DNA from: Myxococcota bacterium
GTDB taxonomy: Bacteria; Myxococcota_A; Polyangia; Polyangiales; Houyiibacteriaceae
Assembly: GCA_039028875.1 (NCBI GenBank)
Contig: JBCCHE010000024.1
Coordinates: 3,851 to 67,850 of the forward strand
DNA length: 64,000 nt
Reading direction: 5' to 3'
A program made the translations under genes and the position numbers. Numbering within the stretch: the stretch's first letter is position 1; every line of letters begins with the position of its first letter. This document shows, piece by piece, positions 58,201-64,000 of this stretch. The notes beneath the pieces are model-generated. The model was not told the origin of the DNA, made no database searches, and saw nothing but the letters and a program-made list of their open reading frames with translations.

Positions 58201-59573
58201 GCTGACGCCTCTGCCGGCGTTTCGAAAGGGTCGTAGCGGCCTGGGCATGTCGGGTTGAGGACTGTACTGGTGTCTGGATCACGGACGCACGCGCAGTATC
58301 GGTCGGGGTCGGTGTCCTGGCACGCCACGTCGGGGAAGACAGCGTCAGGTCGCCCCTGAAGGCGCCGGACGGTCTGCATGAACACTTCGTCCCAGCGCGC
58401 AGCCACTTCGAAACTCGTCCCGACGAGGTGCGCCGGGAGCTCGGGAGTGGTGTAGAAGATCAGCGGCCGGACTCGCCGATCGGCGTGCGGAATCGGGTCG
58501 CCTTCCTCGTCCCACCAGTCGTACCAAATGTTGTGACGATTGACGTTGTAGTTCAGAAAGTCGGTTTCGAAGAAAGCAGGGTCATCAGGCCCGTCAGAGC
58601 GATCGGTCGTGGGCCGCTCCAAACGAAAATATCCTGCGCGTTCGAACCGAGAGTCCACCCAGTTGACGGGCTCGTACTGGCGATCATCGCTGACGCGCAA
58701 GAAGCTGTTGCGTACGTACGTCGCTACGCTGGCACAGATCGGAGAGTCGACGAAGAAGGTCGACAAGCAGAAGTTGACCGACCCGAGTAGAGGATCGGGA
58801 ACCTCGCCCGGAGCCATGATCTCCTGCGTCACGAAGTCGAATGCGTAGAGCTGGTCTTTGTCGTAGTCACTCGCCCAGGGTTGCTCATCCTCGCTGCAAT
58901 CGTCGCTCTCGTCGTCGAGCCCGTCGCACGCCATGAAGTGAAAGCGTGTTTGCCAGGAGTCGGGGAACTCCGATTCCGCTTGGATGAATAGATCGGCCGA
59001 CTGCCGCTCGTAGGTGCCGATGATCTCGTTGAGCTCGGTGATCTGCCCGTAGTAGCCAGGGAGAATGTTGTCCGCCCAGTTGACCCGCATGAATTCGCGC
59101 TCGAACCACGGCCGGTCGGTGTCGTTTTCTTCGATGACGTTGAGCTCTTCGCCGGTGGCGTCGTTGTAGGCCCGACGAATGTCGAAGTGCTTCTCGATCT
59201 CGAACGCGGCCACAGGCTGGCCAAGGGTCGACCCGGGCGCAGGAGAGCCAGGGTTCGAGCCCTCGACGAGTTCGTAGTCGCGGAACGCAAAGAGTGTCTC
59301 TTCCTCGATGACCCAACGAATCCGCGGGATCGACGCGAGGTCCGCACCTTGGAAATCGATGGCGGCGTCGCCAGGAAAGGTTCCCAGCTGGCCGCCCTCG
59401 TAGTCGACATCGATGACGGTCCGACTGAAGTACCAAGACGAGTCACGGAAGAAGCGCTTCTCGACAGCGTTGGTTCCAACGCGATCGACAGGCGCCTTCT
59501 GGTTCGAGCACGCCACGCTGGCCATAACCAGCACAAGGCCAAGCCACAATCCGTGGGCGCGCACTCCTCTCAT
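55254..59573 (-). CDS. Giant zinc-dependent metalloprotease (metzincin) lipoprotein, paralog 1
   Basis: Lipobox SVAC; HELGHCLGLRHD near 57198-57233; Met-turn SSVMEY. Confidence 0.85.
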   Translation of the reverse strand: MRGVRAHGLWLGLVLVMASVACSNQKAPVDRVGTNAVEKRFFRDSSWYFSRTVIDVDYEGGQLGTFPGDAAIDFQGADLASIPRIRWVIEEETLFAFRDYELVEGSNPGSPAPGSTLGQPVAAFEIEKHFDIRRAYNDATGEELNVIEENDTDRPWFEREFMRVNWADNILPGYYGQITELNEIIGTYERQSADLFIQAESEFPDSWQTRFHFMACDGLDDESDDCSEDEQPWASDYDKDQLYAFDFVTQEIMAPGEVPDPLLGSVNFCLSTFFVDSPICASVATYVRNSFLRVSDDRQYEPVNWVDSRFERAGYFRLERPTTDRSDGPDDPAFFETDFLNYNVNRHNIWYDWWDEEGDPIPHADRRVRPLIFYTTPELPAHLVGTSFEVAARWDEVFMQTVRRLQGRPDAVFPDVACQDTDPDRYCACVRDPDTSTVLNPTCPGRYDPFETPAEASARGVENPYDCYISVPDGAQPDLNQPDLSDEDFYGWFSASQVGDECVLQLRINTCNKDSIASNGGTTDGLACQERGDSRFKFLSYVDQPGTGFLGIATLRGDPVTGEILVGDANIGGPALDAYRTTALQMYDLVNGDLTDEEFLTGEDVRLYLENIDRVQLPARPRIDFNVGLAHGSALPIDVDAIDNRMAAFTARAEALSGPEGRAATYIDRRAELVGSDIEYRVMQSFETLMLAGVEKIPEGYGPSDIDDSVLNEVSPFRKPLHEQMRHFADLETAASRNNVMMPNEYVDNSVLFFVNQHRDWPRARVEIALNQLLYFHTQLHELGHCLGLRHDFGASADTENYDDEYYQITRRLPLPDPDDYDDDGVAGLNTDEQLAFERALDLVREKRELAGIDAHMDSSVMEYIAQWYGRTTTEAGRYDVAAVSYGYGDLVELYQNPEGLDIQDVDPTTSTRVWAKYYHGGEVCSTDSDCPFASDGAQRSELTQVNLDASLTQSCVPHPQGAATHGSLCSNFDDDAANLAIANPRAPFLPVNYRFCSDERVGTLGWCHRFDEGDSFREVVRNVAEQYERQYIFTNFRRYQSDFSIGDYISNRLVGRQYSILQAIFRNLIYRYQTDSEFRDDEGSFGFYDQFMASADVLNFYARVLGQPDIGSYLFDPVSGNFRRASPIPGLPGSELDLSIGLGRYFSSTYQRGLTGITRIERIGSFYDKWIALQMLTDRGFALDYTRDVPFWVNYNDLFPIEMQQIFQGMIQDQPESISPRISCDLPGPAGSCADPRVIYMDFYRGDCSVPETCRPDPVTETYADLDVVDGGSSVLLQYLAATFALFDFPTFFDTTFQNQLFICVEGEGDCFAPSDGSVEGEDFVRHSSSRFGKTFLAFQIEPVQAVPNQQSIGFNMVKEASENAVAVGILERIADGEVVPQEDLDRLTDLDYRIPADTDEASSDLNALDRRQRDLESFFFQLIDLQRQLGIAGYLGF

Positions 59574-59699
59574 CGACTCCCTTAATCCCTCTCGTTACGT
59601 TCCTTCATTCTACGCGCGTTTCAAGGCAAACGACACCTACACGGCACCACTTCACAGCGCGAGTTGGCTTGTTGTCCTTGAACTACCTAGGATCTGAAG

Positions 59700-60749
59700 G
59701 TGCGGATCCACACTTTGAGGGGGACCAAAGTCGCCGAATCAGCGCTCGGGTCGAAAGATGCGCGCGCGCGGCCTGCGATGCGCGTCGTCGAGGAAGGCCT
59801 CGAAACGGCAGCGGTCGCGGTGGGTGCGAATGCCGGCGCGATCTATGTCGGACCGAGGATCGACGCGCTTCAAAGCGTTGCCGCATTCGGGCCCGGCGCG
59901 AAGGATGTCCTGGACATCGGAGCGCCGCGCAACATCGCGATCGCGCAACGGGCGCTGCGAAAGAACGACCCATTGCGATGCACAGATCCTCGGCCGGACC
60001 CGCACTTCAAAGACGGCGCTAGGCGTGTCAGCCGCGGCGTGCTGTTGGGGCCGCTCCGCGACGGCGCGAAGACACTCGGTCTCCTTCAGCTCGTGAAGAC
60101 AGACGGCCGTTTCGGTGAGCGCGACGCGCGAATCGTCGGAGCGCTGACCACACAGATCACCACGGCGCTGGTCCAAACGGCGTCGCTTCGACACCAGGAA
60201 CTCCTCGCCGCGCACGACCCCCTCACCGGGCTGCGCAACGTGCGCGAGCTCGACAGCGAGCTTTCGCGCGCAATAGGCGCCGCGCGCCGTAGGCAAAGGG
60301 ACATGGCGCTGATGTTCGTCGACGTCGATCATCTCAAGCGCGTCAACAGCAAGTTCGGGCACGCTGCTGGCAGCGAAGCGCTGAGGCGCACAGGCAAGGC
60401 GCTCGACGAAGCGGCAGCTGGGGTCAGTTCGGTGTTTCGATTCGGCGGGGACGAGTTCGTGGTCGTCCAACGCCGCGCTTCGAAAGAGAGCGCTCGAGCG
60501 CTCGCGGACCATCTCCGAAGCCACGTCGCAGCCAGCACCGGAGGGCCGATGCGGCCGCAGGGTGACCTGCCCAAGATCACCGTGTCAGTCGGCGTGGCTA
60601 CCTTGAAAGGGCTTCGGTTGCTGAACGGTCAGCCCCCCGCAGAGATTCGGGCGCGACTGATGGCGACTGCCGATCGCGCTCTTTTTCGCGCGAAGGCGGC
60701 TGGGCGCAATCGGGTCATCTTGGCGACCGCGCGCGACGACAGGCTCTAG
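59700..60749 (+). CDS. GAF-GGDEF diguanylate cyclase
   Basis: GAF-like region; HDPLTGL.N, DVDHLKRVN, FRFGGDEF, ADRALFRAK..GRN. Confidence 0.9.
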   Translation: MRIHTLRGTKVAESALGSKDARARPAMRVVEEGLETAAVAVGANAGAIYVGPRIDALQSVAAFGPGAKDVLDIGAPRNIAIAQRALRKNDPLRCTDPRPDPHFKDGARRVSRGVLLGPLRDGAKTLGLLQLVKTDGRFGERDARIVGALTTQITTALVQTASLRHQELLAAHDPLTGLRNVRELDSELSRAIGAARRRQRDMALMFVDVDHLKRVNSKFGHAAGSEALRRTGKALDEAAAGVSSVFRFGGDEFVVVQRRASKESARALADHLRSHVAASTGGPMRPQGDLPKITVSVGVATLKGLRLLNGQPPAEIRARLMATADRALFRAKAAGRNRVILATARDDRL

Positions 60750-60763
60750 ACCGCGCGTTCGCC

Positions 60764-63571
60764 TCAACCGAGTTGGTCGAGATAGCCCTGCGTGGTCGCC
60801 TGCATCCGCGCTTCCACCTCAGCGGCGTCGACTTCGACAAACTTCTCATCCGGGGTGACTTTGAACAGCGGTTGGCCTTTGGCGACGATCGTCCCGTCGG
60901 TGTCGAGGAGGACCTTGTCGATGGTCCCGGAGAACGGCGCATAGACCTTGTTGAACATCTTCATCACTTCGATGACATAGAGCGGGTCTCCTGCTTCGAA
61001 GTGCTGCCCTTGCTCGACGAACTTGGGCATCCCCGGGGCCTCTTGCGAGTAGTACATCCCGCCGCTCACCGCGACGATCTCGTCCGCCTTGTTGACTGGC
61101 GGCGGTACCAACACCTTCTTCATTCGCGCCTGGTACTCTGCGTCGAGGAGGCGCTTGGGAATGGTGATGGTGAGGTCGTCGTTGACGACTAGATCGTAGT
61201 AACCGACCTTGGCCGCGAGTCTCGGAAGAAGGCCCAACAGCTCCGTTCCGAGCTGGAACCCGAGGTGCGCCTCGCGAACTTGGACCCACTCGGCCGCATC
61301 GAAGCCCTTGGGCGCCTTGCTTTTGGCCAAGAGCGCGTCGAGCTCGGGCCAGGGGAGGTCTCCGACACGCGCGCCGAGCGTTTCGTAGAAGTCAGCCCCC
61401 GCGTCGAGTACCTCTTGGTCTTGCTCCCAGATGCGATGCGCGGCCGGGGCCTCGACCGTGGCTTCCATGTGAAGCAGTCGATACGTATCGGCGAGAACCA
61501 AGAGCGGGTTGCGGTTCCACACGACGCTCCGCTCGTTGGCTTCAAAATCGTCGCGGTGCGTGCTCAGCCACGCCGACATGAGGTGTGGCGCCGCGAGAAG
61601 TCTCCGGAGCGGGCGTGCAATGAGGGTGGCCTTGCGGAGCGCGATTTCGTTCGTCGCCTTGGTCGCATCGGGATCGGCGGCCGCTGCCTCGAGGTACTTT
61701 GCCGAGAGCTTTTGGTAAGCGTAGTCGACGTCGATCTCGTTGGCCGCCTCGAGGAGCTCTCCCATCAGGGTGAGGTAGGGAACCACGAAACGCGTCGTGG
61801 GTTTCGCGTCGACGCTTCGCGCCAAGAACCAGCTCACCAAGCCGTAGTGAAACTGCAAGTTGGTCTGAAGGTCGGGACCACGAAGCACAGTTTGCCGCAG
61901 CGCTTCGCGAAGCTGCTCGTACGACTCGCGTCGATCGCCCCCTGTCGTTACCAGGAGCGCGATGTTGCTGTCGTAGGCGCCGGCCAGCTTGTATCGCATG
62001 AAGAGCCCGGTGTCGGGGTTCTTGTAACAGATGCCCTGGTCGTCTCTGACCTCGCCTTCGATCGGGTCAGACCAGTACATGATCTCGCCCCCCGCGTGAG
62101 GGGACAGGGACCGGTCGGTCGCGTTGAGCCGAGCCTCGACCGCGGCCGCCTTTCGGCCGACGCGCTCCGGGCGCGGGAGACGGGCCTTGTGCTTCGCAAG
62201 GAGAGCCATGACCTCGACGACCGAAGTCACGTCAAAGTAGTCCTCGGCATCATTGGGGTTACGAAACCGAAGCGCGTAGCAGAGCTCTGACACACGATGC
62301 TCGACCTGGATCCGTGTGTTCACCTCCATGAAGTAGTGGCGAGGCCCGTCGACGATGCACTCGAAAGTCGACGCAGAGTCGAGCCCGACCTCTTGCCCGA
62401 ATCGCTCGGCTTCTTCTTCCATCCTTCGGAGGATCGCCAAGTCTTGGCCGATCGCCTCTGCGAGTTGTTCGTTGCCGGCTTCGCGTTCGCGCTCGACAGC
62501 CTTGCCGAGTGTCTCTTGGGTGATGGAGACCTCGAGCAGCTTCTGCTCGTGCATCTGCAAGGAGCAGTCGCGGCCACCCAGCGAAATGCACCAGTCTCCG
62601 TTTCCGATCAGCTGGATCTCGTTGTGTCGGGTCGTCTCGATGTTGAGCTCGGCGAGGATGTTCTTGTTGTCACCGACCCCAAGCGCCTTAACTTCGCTGA
62701 GGATCTCCCGGACCATGGCGGGCGCTTCGTTCGCCTCGCTCACGATCCGCTGCCCCTTACCGCCGCCACCGCCGATGGCTTTGAGCCGCACGCGACTTCC
62801 GGGACTGCCCTCGAGAATGGTGCCGACCTCGATCTCGATCTGTGATGCGAGCTCCTCAATCGAATAAAGATCGATACCGGCATCGTACGATGCGTTGAGC
62901 AGAGCGTCGGCGAGCGCGCTCGATTCGATGCTGTCGTCGTCGAGGCCCGCGACGGAAAGCCCGTGCTCCTTGGCGAGCGCCCGAAGCGACGCAAGGTCGG
63001 GATGCTTGCGAAGAAGCAACCGCGCGGTGGCATCGTTGACACCCGGCGTGACGCTGACATCCACACGCTCCGCCGTGCGTTTCGCCTCGTCCTTGAACCC
63101 TGCGGCCTGGACGGTGTGCGATCCTGGACCCACGAAGTTGAGTCCCGCTTCCTCGATCGAGCGAACGAACTCTTCGTCCTCCGCCATGAACCCATAGCCG
63201 GCGAACACGTACTCGTACCCGTTGTCCCTTGCGATCTGAATGATCTGCTGGATTCGCTCCGCACGCTCCTCCTTGGAAGCGCCGGTGTAGTCCGTGATGG
63301 CGTGGACCCTCGCCGGATCAAGACGGCGTAGCTCGGGGGCAAGAGCTCGGGGGTAGACGATCGAGTCTTTCTCGGAGAGCAAGATGCCTGCCTTGTCGAT
63401 CCCCATCTCCGCGAACGTGTCGAGGGCCTCTTGGCGGATTGGCCCGCGGCACACGATGAGAACCGACATGTCTTCGCAGGCGAAGGAGCGGACCCAGTCG
63501 GACTCGGATTCCCCGAGACGGCGCTCTCGGTGAATCAGCGGGTTGTGGAGGTAAAGGTCGGATGAACCCAT
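60764..63571 (-). CDS. Biotin carboxylase fused to a biotin carrier domain (acyl-CoA carboxylase subunit)
   Basis: GYGFMAED, KAIGGGGGKG, RDCSLQ, FMEVNTRIQVEH, YDS, EVMKM biotinylation motif. Confidence 0.92.
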   Translation of the reverse strand: MGSSDLYLHNPLIHRERRLGESESDWVRSFACEDMSVLIVCRGPIRQEALDTFAEMGIDKAGILLSEKDSIVYPRALAPELRRLDPARVHAITDYTGASKEERAERIQQIIQIARDNGYEYVFAGYGFMAEDEEFVRSIEEAGLNFVGPGSHTVQAAGFKDEAKRTAERVDVSVTPGVNDATARLLLRKHPDLASLRALAKEHGLSVAGLDDDSIESSALADALLNASYDAGIDLYSIEELASQIEIEVGTILEGSPGSRVRLKAIGGGGGKGQRIVSEANEAPAMVREILSEVKALGVGDNKNILAELNIETTRHNEIQLIGNGDWCISLGGRDCSLQMHEQKLLEVSITQETLGKAVEREREAGNEQLAEAIGQDLAILRRMEEEAERFGQEVGLDSASTFECIVDGPRHYFMEVNTRIQVEHRVSELCYALRFRNPNDAEDYFDVTSVVEVMALLAKHKARLPRPERVGRKAAAVEARLNATDRSLSPHAGGEIMYWSDPIEGEVRDDQGICYKNPDTGLFMRYKLAGAYDSNIALLVTTGGDRRESYEQLREALRQTVLRGPDLQTNLQFHYGLVSWFLARSVDAKPTTRFVVPYLTLMGELLEAANEIDVDYAYQKLSAKYLEAAAADPDATKATNEIALRKATLIARPLRRLLAAPHLMSAWLSTHRDDFEANERSVVWNRNPLLVLADTYRLLHMEATVEAPAAHRIWEQDQEVLDAGADFYETLGARVGDLPWPELDALLAKSKAPKGFDAAEWVQVREAHLGFQLGTELLGLLPRLAAKVGYYDLVVNDDLTITIPKRLLDAEYQARMKKVLVPPPVNKADEIVAVSGGMYYSQEAPGMPKFVEQGQHFEAGDPLYVIEVMKMFNKVYAPFSGTIDKVLLDTDGTIVAKGQPLFKVTPDEKFVEVDAAEVEARMQATTQGYLDQLG

Positions 63572-63999
63572 CAGTGAAACTCTCGCTGCACGGCCTGAAG
63601 CGGCTCCGGGGTGTAGTGCGACAAGAAGAAGTTCAAGTTCTTGGCAAGCGAGGCGCGCACGTTCGTCGGCATCACGATCTCTGAAATCGAACCGAGGCTC
63701 AGTGCCTCCTTCGGATTCATGAGTTCGGTCTCATAGCGAGCGTTGAACGCAGCCTCTTGGGCCTTCAACCACGCGGCGGCATCCTCGGTGGCTGCTTCTT
63801 TGTCGGTTCCGGCTTCGATGGCCTCGCGCACTCGAGACTTGGCTTCCGCGCGCACCGCGCGAAGCTCCTTCTTGTACACAAACTCCTTACCAGCCGGCCC
63901 CATGACTGCGACGCGCGTGGTCGGCAGCGCCATGACGTGGTCGGCGCCGACCGCGTAGCAGTTGAACGCCGCGTACGCTCCGCCGAACGCGTTGCGAAT
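63571..63999 (-). CDS. Acyl-CoA carboxylase carboxyltransferase, C-terminal part (5' end outside the window)
   Basis: Frame is open to the window edge: IRNAFGGAYAAFNC...AVMGPAG; its stop overlaps the biotin carboxylase start (TGATG). Confidence 0.85.
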   Translation of the reverse strand: MRNAFGGAYAAFNCYAVGADHVMALPTTRVAVMGPAGKEFVYKKELRAVRAEAKSRVREAIEAGTDKEAATEDAAAWLKAQEAAFNARYETELMNPKEALSLGSISEIVMPTNVRASLAKNLNFFLSHYTPEPLQAVQREFH

Positions 64000-64000
64000 G

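Noticed and set aside
1-64000. tRNA, rRNA, CRISPR arrays, IS elements, prophage
   Set aside because: No such structure, transposase or integrase seen; genes are densely packed with short spacers

Overview
High-GC bacterial chromosomal segment. The gene repertoire (AgmX/PglI-like TonB-C protein, Cys-rich 'DGGP' lipoproteins, VWA lipoprotein, FHA-CpaF fusion, giant metzincin lipoproteins) suggests Myxococcota; this is an inference. The left ~10 kb is the end of a type VI secretion cluster: tssJ-tssK-tssL-tssM-tagF-tssA on the minus strand, with a divergent LysM protein and an hcp carrying a sigma-54 promoter. The tssA is absent from the ORF track because it runs off the window, and it has two tandem ImpA_N domains. 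The middle is mostly housekeeping (lolC/E, slt, WS/DGAT-SCP2, dnaJ, nadA, hemW, ccmAB, otsAB, cysQ, fbp, ppiD, M16 peptidase, moaD-moaE, pssA, glcD-like, pdhABC). The most interesting signals are: (i) a CarH-type B12 photoreceptor with 11-bp TnnACA operator repeats in front of a DUF4397-like lipoprotein instead of carotenoid genes; (ii) the double-ImpA_N TssA and the LysM-helical protein next to hcp; (iii) two tandem ~1,450-1,550 aa metzincin lipoproteins possibly coupled to pdhABC; (iv) an orphan FHA-CpaF pseudo-ATPase; (v) a surface-protein/GT-C cluster with a perfect CRP-type box. No rRNA, tRNA, CRISPR array or mobile element was seen. All family assignments come from reading motifs by eye, not from database searches.
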